64,000 bases of DNA from Candidatus Babeliales bacterium (lineage in GTDB: Bacteria; Babelota; Babeliae; Babelales; JANWKD01). This document shows, one piece after another, positions 51,065-59,970 of the stretch (positions within the stretch are counted from its first letter, which is position 1; each line of letters begins with the position of its first letter). The stretch is taken from assembly GCA_963701665.1 (NCBI GenBank), contig OY969622.1, forward strand, positions 1,056,001-1,120,000, read 5' to 3'. Both the position numbers and the translations under genes were made by a program. The notes under the pieces were generated by a model that saw only the letters and a program-made list of their open reading frames with translations, ran no database searches and had not been told where the DNA came from.

Positions 51065-52375
51065 ATGACTAGTTATCACATGACTAAAGCATTCGCACTC
51101 TGTTTATTTCTATTCCATTCATTGCAAGGCATGGATGGCGAAGGAAAGAAATGTTTTAATGCCTATTTTTTCATTAATACTACAGAAGTAGTCGATGATG
51201 TTCCTCAAAATGATGATCATAATTTTTCTGCAACGGAGGCATTAGCAGAACAGCTTTTCAACAAAAAAACTGATTTTATCTTTTTCCCCTATTCGATGCT
51301 CACCATCATTCATCAACATTTTCAGCAAGCAAAAAAGGTCTTATCAACATACGGAATAACAGATCCACTTGAACAAACCATCATTGAAAATAGGGGGAAG
51401 TATTACCCATCAAAACTCTATTCATTTGAGCCAACAGATCCGCTCTCTATGCAGTCTACTCAGAACGAGTTCGGTATGCGTGAAGTCGTTTATAAAAAAG
51501 CAGCATTAGTGATGCATCCTCAAGCAGTTGAGGATAAATTTTCTAGTACTCTTTCAAAGGATACTTACCGCCATTTTCTGTTAAAAACAATCAACAATAA
51601 AGAATTTTCACTTGATGTTGAAAGGTATTACAAGTTATTTTTAGGGCTTAAGCTCAACTTGTGGAGACTTTTTGATACAGCAATCGGATTATATTGTTTG
51701 ACTTCCTTAGATCAACATAAAGATTGTCCAATATTGTTGAAACATTTTATTGAAATCCCCGATTTAGAACAGGCGGAAACAAAAAAGGATTCAAATGAGT
51801 GGACAGCAAAATTAGATTCATTATTTAACTGTAGCAGTAAAGCCTATTGGTCAATGTATATTCATGGACATGGGCAAGAAGATTTTTCAGAGGAAGCAAC
51901 AATTGCTGGCCTTCCTGGTAAAAAATTAGCAAATGTATTAACGTTTTTTAATGATAATCTTGCAGTACACCATGTTACCTTTTTTTCGTGTTACACTAAT
52001 ACTGAACGCTTACATAATGTTTTAAAAAAATACACGCCATTATCATCATTAAACTATACACTACTGGCACCAAGTTCAAAGAAAGACACTGCCCGAAAAA
52101 TGATACCAGCATTACAACATTATTATCCACGATGGTTTAAGGTTCGTAATCACATAAAATTAATCGATAATTCAACCGTTCTCAAGATTGTTCCTAGTGC
52201 GCTCAAAGAAAATTATGACGATCAAACACTATTAACATTCATCTGTCGATACTCTCGAGATCACGCACATTCATTTCATCCTTTTTCAATTTTGCCGGCT
52301 CATACACAAGAACATTTAACTTTTGATAATAAAAAAGTTTTAGAAAATTACTTAAAAGAGCATCAATCGCAATAA
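51065..52375 (+). CDS. Secreted protein with a possible clan-CD cysteine protease dyad
   Basis: Signal peptide LQG|MD; MYIHGHG ... VTFFSCY. Confidence 0.6.
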   Translation: MTSYHMTKAFALCLFLFHSLQGMDGEGKKCFNAYFFINTTEVVDDVPQNDDHNFSATEALAEQLFNKKTDFIFFPYSMLTIIHQHFQQAKKVLSTYGITDPLEQTIIENRGKYYPSKLYSFEPTDPLSMQSTQNEFGMREVVYKKAALVMHPQAVEDKFSSTLSKDTYRHFLLKTINNKEFSLDVERYYKLFLGLKLNLWRLFDTAIGLYCLTSLDQHKDCPILLKHFIEIPDLEQAETKKDSNEWTAKLDSLFNCSSKAYWSMYIHGHGQEDFSEEATIAGLPGKKLANVLTFFNDNLAVHHVTFFSCYTNTERLHNVLKKYTPLSSLNYTLLAPSSKKDTARKMIPALQHYYPRWFKVRNHIKLIDNSTVLKIVPSALKENYDDQTLLTFICRYSRDHAHSFHPFSILPAHTQEHLTFDNKKVLENYLKEHQSQ

Positions 52376-52446
52376 AGTTCTTTGTAACAAGTATCCTTTT
52401 TTGGCTATACTTACATACAAAAAAACAATTTTTTGTATGAGAAAGT

Positions 52447-53223
52447 ATGATACGTAAAGCCATAGTATTAGTATTCCTCTTTTTTTCATCATATTCTTTA
52501 GCAAAGACCATTTTTATCATTGTTCCCGGCACCTGGGCGCATGATCATGGCTGGCATTCAGAAGATGGTGATTTTTTTACTGCATTAAAAAATACTGTTG
52601 ATCAAAATACAACGTCTGTCATAACCTATTATTGGTCAGGCAAAAATACACACACAGCACGAGAATATGCTGCACAAGGATTAGTAAATTTAATCTGTAG
52701 TTTTAACGAATATGATACTATATATCTGGTGACGCATAGCCACGGTTCAAATGTTGCCATTTTAGCTTCACAATTATTAGCACATCATCCTAAGAAAAGA
52801 AAAATTGAAACTATATATGCATTCGCAACGCCTGTGGATCCAGAAAGTTATTTTCCCGACATGAGCATAATACATTATTTTTTTAACTTTTTTTCTTATT
52901 CAGATTTTGTTCAAACAGTGCTGTGCACCTTCCAACGTGTTTATCCAAGGCACAAACGCATTGCCAATATTTCCGTAACCATAAATCACCTACAACCAAA
53001 TCATGATACCATTCATGATGCATTGATCGCATCATGGCTATTAAAAATTCCTGCATGTTTTGATACCTTTGATTTTCAACAACCCGGATCGATTGCTTTT
53101 TTTTCAGGCAAACGACCGGAATATTATATAGAACTTGATCGAGAAGAACGCCTTGAACATGATTTTTATTTGACGCAACAGTATTGCTTAGTGCTACAAG
53201 GAAGAAACAATGCTAAAAACTGA
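52447..53223 (+). CDS. Secreted alpha/beta hydrolase
   Basis: IVPGTW, YYWSG, VTHSHGSN, FATP; similar to 35272..36198. Confidence 0.8.
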   Translation: MIRKAIVLVFLFFSSYSLAKTIFIIVPGTWAHDHGWHSEDGDFFTALKNTVDQNTTSVITYYWSGKNTHTAREYAAQGLVNLICSFNEYDTIYLVTHSHGSNVAILASQLLAHHPKKRKIETIYAFATPVDPESYFPDMSIIHYFFNFFSYSDFVQTVLCTFQRVYPRHKRIANISVTINHLQPNHDTIHDALIASWLLKIPACFDTFDFQQPGSIAFFSGKRPEYYIELDREERLEHDFYLTQQYCLVLQGRNNAKN

Positions 53224-54019
53224 TCACAAAATCGTAGTGAACGCATCATCACGGATTGGTTTTTTTGATTCCGGCATTGGCGGGCTCACCATTCTTAAAC
53301 AATTTTTACCATGTAATGCTGCAAAATATATATACGTTGCTGACACTGCGCATATGCCTTATGGCAGCAGATCGAGACAAGAAATTCAAGCATACAGTGA
53401 AGCAATCGTACGTTTTCTTTTGAATAACGCGTGCGATCAGATCATCATCGCGTGCCATACTGCAACTGCACTCGCTTTTGAACATGTACAGACTGTTTTT
53501 AAAAACGCGCGCATCATAGGCGTTGTCGAGGGTGTTGTGCACGAAGCACTGGCTACTACAAAAACAAAAAGAATCGGCATTATTGCAACCGCAGCCACCA
53601 TAGCGAGTGGCTATCATGAACAACAGTTAAAAAATTATGATCCTGGAGTTCAAGTATTTCCCGTGCCCTGCCCCCTTTTGGCATCAGCCATTGAATTTGG
53701 CACTCATCGAGGCGAAGCGTTGCATACTCTTATAAAAGAATATCTCCAAGCTTTTGAACACACCAATATCGACACGCTTATCTTAGGATCAACGCACTAT
53801 GATATCATCAAAGATACGATACGAAGACTCGTTAGCCCTGCAATTACGATAATTAGCGCGAGCGATGTCATGCAGAAGACATTGAACAATGTTGCACCAA
53901 GTAATGAAATTGTATCGTCATTATCATGGTACGTTACGGGAAATAAGCATCTATTTCTAGCGAGTGCAAAAAAAATTCTTTCGTTGCCCGAACAAAGTCT
54001 CTCATCATTAAATCTGTAA
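53210..54019 (+). CDS. murI: Glutamate racemase (non-canonical catalytic motifs)
   Basis: FFDSGIGGL, DTAHMPYG, IACHTA, LILGSTHY. Confidence 0.88.
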   Translation: MLKTDHKIVVNASSRIGFFDSGIGGLTILKQFLPCNAAKYIYVADTAHMPYGSRSRQEIQAYSEAIVRFLLNNACDQIIIACHTATALAFEHVQTVFKNARIIGVVEGVVHEALATTKTKRIGIIATAATIASGYHEQQLKNYDPGVQVFPVPCPLLASAIEFGTHRGEALHTLIKEYLQAFEHTNIDTLILGSTHYDIIKDTIRRLVSPAITIISASDVMQKTLNNVAPSNEIVSSLSWYVTGNKHLFLASAKKILSLPEQSLSSLNL

Positions 54020-54074
54020 ATAGCCCAAATTCGACATGACTATACCTCAGCAAATGCGTATTGGAACCAAAATT

Positions 54075-54232
54075 GTCATTGCGATCCTACTTCGCTCTAC
54101 GAGCTTCGAAGGAGTTGGCAACCTGTTCTACGAAGTTTTAACGAAGTAGAAACCAGATAATAAAATTAATTCATTAAAAAAGGAATTTATTAAAGTTCTG
54201 GGTCACCACGTCACTACGTTCCTCGTGATGAC
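54075..54232 (+). repeat. Palindromic intergenic repeat, copy 9 (core plus two modules in left arm; outer inverted repeats span ~54021-54291)
   Basis: GTCATTGCGAT-[CCTACTTCGCTCTACGAGCTTCGAAGGA]..[CCTGTTCTACGAAGTTTTAACGAAGTAG]...GGGTCACCACG..CTCGTGATGAC. Confidence 0.93.
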
Positions 54233-54293
54233 ATTTCGAGATATTTTTATTCAACGATAAGTCGATAATTTTTTTTATTGAATTCGCGTTAAA

Positions 54294-54848
54294 TCACTCA
54301 AGGCGCGGTGGCATCATAACTTCATCAACACTATGAATCATCACATTGCCTGTATCAATATCTGAACGATCTGGAATTATTGATGCATTATCATCGAGTC
54401 GAATCGTACCCGCAGTCGACTTAACAGAAATTGGTGTACCTTCCAACGTGTTAAGTTTATTGCTCGTACTAATGTTTTCGACACTTTCCTTATTAGGAAT
54501 AATATGATGTTCTAACAATTTTTGTAATGATTTTGCATCGTGAATGATACGTTCATAAGCATCTTCACCCACCATACTTCTTAATTCTTCAAAAGCTTTG
54601 TTAGTGGGCGCCATGAGGGTAACCGAACTTGCTTTTTCAAGAATAGGATGCAACCCCGACTTTCTAATGAGTTCAGCTAGCGTGGATAAATCCTTTTGTT
54701 TATCAAGAACTTGAAATACGTCTTTATTATCGATAGGTTCATCAGCATCAGCAAGATCAGTCTGGTATTTAACTAATATATAGAGAAGAGCTGCAAGCAT
54801 GACACAAAAACAAATACCAATTATCGTTATTCGCTTCATACGCTTCAT
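54294..54848 (-). CDS. Fasciclin (FAS1) domain protein with N-terminal membrane anchor
   Basis: TLMAPTNKAF, LEHHII, NVMIHSVDEVM. Confidence 0.88.
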   Translation of the reverse strand: MKRMKRITIIGICFCVMLAALLYILVKYQTDLADADEPIDNKDVFQVLDKQKDLSTLAELIRKSGLHPILEKASSVTLMAPTNKAFEELRSMVGEDAYERIIHDAKSLQKLLEHHIIPNKESVENISTSNKLNTLEGTPISVKSTAGTIRLDDNASIIPDRSDIDTGNVMIHSVDEVMMPPRLE

Positions 54849-55012
54849 TCCTTTTTCAAAAATTTTAACATCAATAATATTAGAATAACAAACAGAAACT
54901 TGCGCAAGCAATAATTATAAATACGCATTAAAAGTGTTGCGCTCCTTGAAATTCTTTTTTTAAAGTATCAATAATCAGTTTTTCTATCTGATCCACAAAA
55001 AAGGGGGATTAC

Positions 55013-56875
55013 ATGAAGCATACTAGTATTTTACTGCCGATCAGTATTTTGAGCTTATTTTTTGCATTTCTTTGTCAGGGACAAGAACCAAAACCCAAAA
55101 CATCATTACGATTCAAAACTGCTTATAGCCTTGCAAAGCAACTCATAGATTTACATGAAGCTGAAAATTATCTAAATGCACCCAAAAAAGAAATCGATAA
55201 ATTACCGCAAGAATTGAAAAAGAAAGTTGAGCAACTACGCCAATTAAAAGAGCAAATTAATACACTGCCAACTGAACTTAAACACTATGTAGCTTTACTT
55301 TATAACGTTAAATTAAACCTTACTAATGCACTTTGGGCAACAATCATCTTCTCAGAGAATTATTCAATTGATATAGCAAAAGATCTTATTGAAGCTAATG
55401 CTCAATCACTTAACGATGTAGCTCCTGGGATGATTAGCCTATTTGATCCGCGAGCACAAGGCCATACTGTGTTGAGTTACACGGTTTCAAAACATTCAAT
55501 CGATCTCGTACAAATTATCTTGGATAATGGCGCTGATATTGAGCGAGAGATTCGTGGCCTATCTCTTCTAGCAATCAGCATTATTCGAAATAATCCGGCA
55601 ATGGTCAAACTTCTACTCAAAAAAGGAGCCTATCCTAATCACTTTATTCATGGCATGACTCCCCTATCACTAGCCGCACTATGCAATTTGTCGAAAGAAT
55701 ACACGGTGAATACAATCGATTATGATACCAATAAACTCTTAACGGCATTCCAATCTCTTGAAGGTTTTATTGATGCGGATGTCTCGTCGAATAAAAAAAC
55801 TATCACACTTTTCTGTAATACGCCTTATCAGATCGAAGACATCAATGAAATAATTGCTCCACTTGGCATAATTTTTGTTAAAGAACGTTTGCTCCCGCGT
55901 GATATTAACATTTTAAAATTACTCCTACACTATAAAGCAGATATTAATCTTATAGATCAAAGAGGATGGACAACGTTGATGTATGTTTGTCCATTTGGCG
56001 TTATTCCCCTCGTTAAATTTCTTGTTAACAACAAAGCAAAAATCAATATTCAAAATAATGAAGGCCAAACGCCTTTGACGCTAGCAGTACAATTTGACAG
56101 GACCGCAACTGTTAGATTTCTCCTTGATCATGGTGCACATATTAATGAACCAGATCCAGATCCTTTATTTTGGGCAGCCAGTTATAATGCCAAAAATACT
56201 GCGACGCTGCTCTTAGAACATGGCGCAGATATAAACCGCAAAAACTCAGGTGGGCTTACGAGCCTCATGCTTGCCGCAGAATACGGTTTCACATCCATTC
56301 TCAGTATACTTATCGCACATAAAGCTTCGCTCAACCTTCAAGATAATCAAGGGCTCAATGCCTTGATGTTGTCTGCAGAGTATGGCCGTATTAACTGTGT
56401 AAATATATTACTTGATGCAGGTGCTGCACTTAATATGCAAGATAGTGAAGGCTCAACTGCACTTATGCGCGCCGCGATCACCCTTATTAATATGCTTGAA
56501 GAAGGCGAAACAAATGAAGAAGTTCTTGTTGCCTCAAGAGATTCATTCCAAGAAATAACAGCCGCCTTACTTGCACGAGGAGCTCAAGTAAATATTCCAG
56601 ATAATGATGGAGCAACGGCACTTACTTTGGCCGTCCAAACTAATACCCCTTCGGTCGTTACTCAATTATTAAATACTGGCGCTCACATAAATCATCAGGA
56701 TCAGAATGGCGCAACCCCATTAATTATAGCTGCAGAACATGGATATCAAGAAGTTGTGCAAATATTACTTGCGGGCGGTGCCGATAAAAATCTTACTGAT
56801 GTTGATGGCAAAACTGCCTTAGATCTAGCAAGCGAAAATGGCCATGAAGGCATTGTAACATTGTTAAGCGAGTAA
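55013..56875 (+). CDS. Secreted ankyrin-repeat protein
   Basis: Signal peptide; many GxTPL/GADIN ankyrin repeats. Confidence 0.92.
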   Translation: MKHTSILLPISILSLFFAFLCQGQEPKPKTSLRFKTAYSLAKQLIDLHEAENYLNAPKKEIDKLPQELKKKVEQLRQLKEQINTLPTELKHYVALLYNVKLNLTNALWATIIFSENYSIDIAKDLIEANAQSLNDVAPGMISLFDPRAQGHTVLSYTVSKHSIDLVQIILDNGADIEREIRGLSLLAISIIRNNPAMVKLLLKKGAYPNHFIHGMTPLSLAALCNLSKEYTVNTIDYDTNKLLTAFQSLEGFIDADVSSNKKTITLFCNTPYQIEDINEIIAPLGIIFVKERLLPRDINILKLLLHYKADINLIDQRGWTTLMYVCPFGVIPLVKFLVNNKAKINIQNNEGQTPLTLAVQFDRTATVRFLLDHGAHINEPDPDPLFWAASYNAKNTATLLLEHGADINRKNSGGLTSLMLAAEYGFTSILSILIAHKASLNLQDNQGLNALMLSAEYGRINCVNILLDAGAALNMQDSEGSTALMRAAITLINMLEEGETNEEVLVASRDSFQEITAALLARGAQVNIPDNDGATALTLAVQTNTPSVVTQLLNTGAHINHQDQNGATPLIIAAEHGYQEVVQILLAGGADKNLTDVDGKTALDLASENGHEGIVTLLSE

Positions 56876-56886
56876 AGGAACGTTAT

Positions 56887-58758
56887 ATGAAGCATAAAAA
56901 TACTAGAATAATGATCATCGCCACCGCTTTTATTTTGTCTTGTTCTGCAATGGAAGAGCAAAAAGTAATTCAATCTAAAAAAGTTCCATCCTTACGATTT
57001 CAAATGGCATATGGCATTGCTAAAAGACTAGTTGAATCAAAAGCATCGACATCGGAAATCAATAAACAACTAGAAAAACTGCCGCCTGAACTTCAGGAAT
57101 ATGTACATATCCTTGGCTACAATCTTTTAAACCTCGTTGATGCGTTCTGGTATGTATTGGCTAAAGCCCCATACAAAATAGATATGATAATTGATCTAAT
57201 ACACGAAAATCCTGCACTTATTAATGCAATATCGCCTAAAGAGCTTAGTAATAAACCTGGGCTTCAACAAATCAGAAATCATACACCTCTCAGTTACAGC
57301 ATAGAAAAAGGATTCTATGACATCGTTGAACTTCTATTAGATAATGGAGCAGATATAAAGATGGAGGCTGGTGGCTTTCCACCATTGGCTGTAGCCATCA
57401 TGAATAATCATTCACGCATCGTTAAATTATTGTTAATAAATGATGCCAATCCTAACTATATCTTCCATGGTATAACACCTTTGACTCTAGCGGCACTTTG
57501 CAGTTTACAAATGGAATATACTTTTGATAGAGCAAATGGCCCTTCCGAACTCTATTTAGCATTAGATTCCAAAAAAATCCTCATCAAATTGGGACAAATC
57601 AATGATACTACAATCGACTTAGTAACAAAGATTCCATATAGCATCGAAGAACTCAATGAATTTATTGCTCCTGCAAAGGTAAAAATTATCAGTGAAAGCA
57701 GAAGCGTTCCTAATCTAGATATTCTGCAATTACTATTTCAATTTGGTGCCGATCCAAATCTCAAAGATGAAGTTGGATGGACGCCACTGCTATACACCTG
57801 TCAATTTTATTCTCTTGAATTAGTTAAATTGTTTGTTGAACATAAAGCTGAAATCAATGTTAGAAATAATACCGGGCAAACACCTCTGATGTTAGCATCA
57901 CAATTTGATCGCACGGCTATAATGGAATATCTCATAACCAATAAAGCCGATGTAAATGCACAAGATGCTCAAGGTGATACAGCTTTAATATGGGCAACTC
58001 GGAGAGAATATAAATCAGCTGTAGATATTCTACTACGCCATAAAGCTAACGCTAATCTTCAAGATACTTCCAGAATGACAGCATTACTGTATGCAACAGC
58101 TGCTGTAGATGACCTTCATGATATTCTTGCTGCACTCATTAATCATGGAGCAAACGTGAACATAGCAACACCGGAAGGATTAACTGCTTTAATGATAGCT
58201 GCCCTTAATGGAAAACTCGATTGCGTAAATCTTCTGTTAAACGCGAATGCTAACATCAATGTACAAGATCCCCAAGGAAAAACGGCATTGGCGTATGCCT
58301 TACAGGTTCCTCTACTGGTGGTCAATCGTGAGATGAGAAAATTAAATCAGCCGGGAATAACCCAACCTGAAGCACTTAAGATATTCAATCAAAAAGCAAT
58401 GGGAGCTTTCAACTCAGCACGTAAAAACGCTGAAGCAATAGCATCTGCCTTGTTGGATAAAGGAGCTAACGTTAACTTACAAGAAAATAGCGGCACAACA
58501 CCACTCATATTAGCCGCACAAGATAATTTGCCCACACTTGTCACTCGATTATTAACAGCAGGAGCAGCTATTAATCATGTAATGCGAAACAATATATCCG
58601 CATTAATTGCAGCGGCATTTTTTGGCAATACTGAAGTCGTAAAAATACTCTTGGCCCATGGCGCTAACAAAGATATTGTTGATCGTGATGGCTACACTGC
58701 ACTCGGTTATGCACAGCGGTATGATTATCAAGAAATCATAAAATTATTAAGCGAATAA
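56887..58758 (+). CDS. Secreted ankyrin-repeat protein (tandem paralog of the previous gene)
   Basis: Signal peptide CSA|MEE; collinear with the previous gene; both end LLSE. Confidence 0.92.
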   Translation: MKHKNTRIMIIATAFILSCSAMEEQKVIQSKKVPSLRFQMAYGIAKRLVESKASTSEINKQLEKLPPELQEYVHILGYNLLNLVDAFWYVLAKAPYKIDMIIDLIHENPALINAISPKELSNKPGLQQIRNHTPLSYSIEKGFYDIVELLLDNGADIKMEAGGFPPLAVAIMNNHSRIVKLLLINDANPNYIFHGITPLTLAALCSLQMEYTFDRANGPSELYLALDSKKILIKLGQINDTTIDLVTKIPYSIEELNEFIAPAKVKIISESRSVPNLDILQLLFQFGADPNLKDEVGWTPLLYTCQFYSLELVKLFVEHKAEINVRNNTGQTPLMLASQFDRTAIMEYLITNKADVNAQDAQGDTALIWATRREYKSAVDILLRHKANANLQDTSRMTALLYATAAVDDLHDILAALINHGANVNIATPEGLTALMIAALNGKLDCVNLLLNANANINVQDPQGKTALAYALQVPLLVVNREMRKLNQPGITQPEALKIFNQKAMGAFNSARKNAEAIASALLDKGANVNLQENSGTTPLILAAQDNLPTLVTRLLTAGAAINHVMRNNISALIAAAFFGNTEVVKILLAHGANKDIVDRDGYTALGYAQRYDYQEIIKLLSE

Positions 58759-58763
58759 AAACA

Positions 58764-59285
58764 TTAATGGGAAATATCGGGTTGAACGGTTTTGCCATAT
58801 TTTTTTAAAGCTTCATCAAGAATGCCATTAACAAACTTGTAAGAATCTTTTTCTGCAAAACCCTTGGCAAGCTCAACGGCTTCATTGATAACAATAGTAG
58901 GACTGGTATCTGATGATTGCAGTTCCCAGAGCGCATAGCGCAGAATAAGTTTTGTACACATACCAAGACGCTCAAAACGCCAGTTGCTCAACAAAGGTTT
59001 GCATTCTTGATCTAAGAGTTCACGCGCATCAATAATCGCACGCGCTGTGTGTACAACATCACTATCAAGAGGAATATCAAGGCCAAACCCTCGATTAAAA
59101 TTGTCAACGATCGATTCAAGAGAAGCTTGATATTCAAAGGCTTCGGCAGCATAGAGAAGATGAAAGATTAATGATCTTTTTTCTCGTTTTGAAAGGTCCG
59201 CAAATAAGCGATCTGATAACGATGTATTCACGGTAGACTCTTCGTTAAGGGTGGCTTGAACAGATGAAGATGAAAAAGATTCCAT
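58764..59285 (-). CDS. nusB: Transcription antitermination factor
   Basis: NWRFERL, ILRYALWEL, INEAVELAK, FVNGILD. Confidence 0.92.
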   Translation of the reverse strand: MESFSSSSVQATLNEESTVNTSLSDRLFADLSKREKRSLIFHLLYAAEAFEYQASLESIVDNFNRGFGLDIPLDSDVVHTARAIIDARELLDQECKPLLSNWRFERLGMCTKLILRYALWELQSSDTSPTIVINEAVELAKGFAEKDSYKFVNGILDEALKKYGKTVQPDISH

Positions 59286-59295
59286 GGCTATAATC

Positions 59296-59862
59296 CTATT
59301 TTTTAACACGTTCAATGTAACTTGCATCACGTGTGTCAACTTTGACTATATCACCTTCATTGACAAACAAAGGAATTTGCAACACGAGACCAGTCTCAAG
59401 GGTGGCTGGTTTTGTTGCACCGCCTTGCGCTGTATCCCCACGAATACCCGGGGTTGTTTCAACCACCTTTAACTCCATAAATAAGGGCGGATTAACGGCA
59501 ATAGGTTTACCATTGAAATTAAGTACGTTGTATACTTCTTGTTCTTTTAGATAATTTTCGACATCTGAGAGTTGCTCTTTATTGAAGGAAACTTGTTCAT
59601 AGCTCTCTTGATCAAGAAAATGATACAAATCACCATCATTATAAAGATATTGCATATCATGATATTCTAAATCAGGCTCTTCAAATTTTTCGCCAGATCT
59701 AAATGTTTCGTCATGGACAAGGCTGGTCAACATGTTTTTCATTTTGGTGCGGATAAAAGCGCCACCTTTACCAGGTTTAACCCAATGGAAATCAATCACC
59801 ATATAGGGCTCCCCTCGGAACAATATTTTAGATCCTTTTCTAAAATCAGAAGTTGAAATCAC
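59296..59862 (-). CDS. efp: Elongation factor P
   Basis: VKPGKGGAF, TFRSGEK, PGIRGDTA, KPATLETG, VDTR. Confidence 0.97.
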   Translation of the reverse strand: MISTSDFRKGSKILFRGEPYMVIDFHWVKPGKGGAFIRTKMKNMLTSLVHDETFRSGEKFEEPDLEYHDMQYLYNDGDLYHFLDQESYEQVSFNKEQLSDVENYLKEQEVYNVLNFNGKPIAVNPPLFMELKVVETTPGIRGDTAQGGATKPATLETGLVLQIPLFVNEGDIVKVDTRDASYIERVKK

Positions 59863-59900
59863 AAGTACCGCCTTTCAAACCAAAACACGTATTGTCAATA

Positions 59901-59925
59901 AGAGGTTGCTTTTGAGGCAACCTCT
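59901..59925. terminator. Hairpin between the M16 peptidase gene and efp
   Basis: AGAGGTTGC/GCAACCTCT 9-bp stem. Confidence 0.45.
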
Positions 59926-59970
59926 ACCTTTTTAGTATAAAAAAAAGAATGCAAAAAGCAATGTAGCCCT

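Noticed and set aside
1373..54232. Repeat family as a CRISPR array or integron attC sites
   Set aside because: Copies are dispersed singly, often beside housekeeping genes, with no spacer array, no cas or intI gene and no consistent GTTRRRY core.
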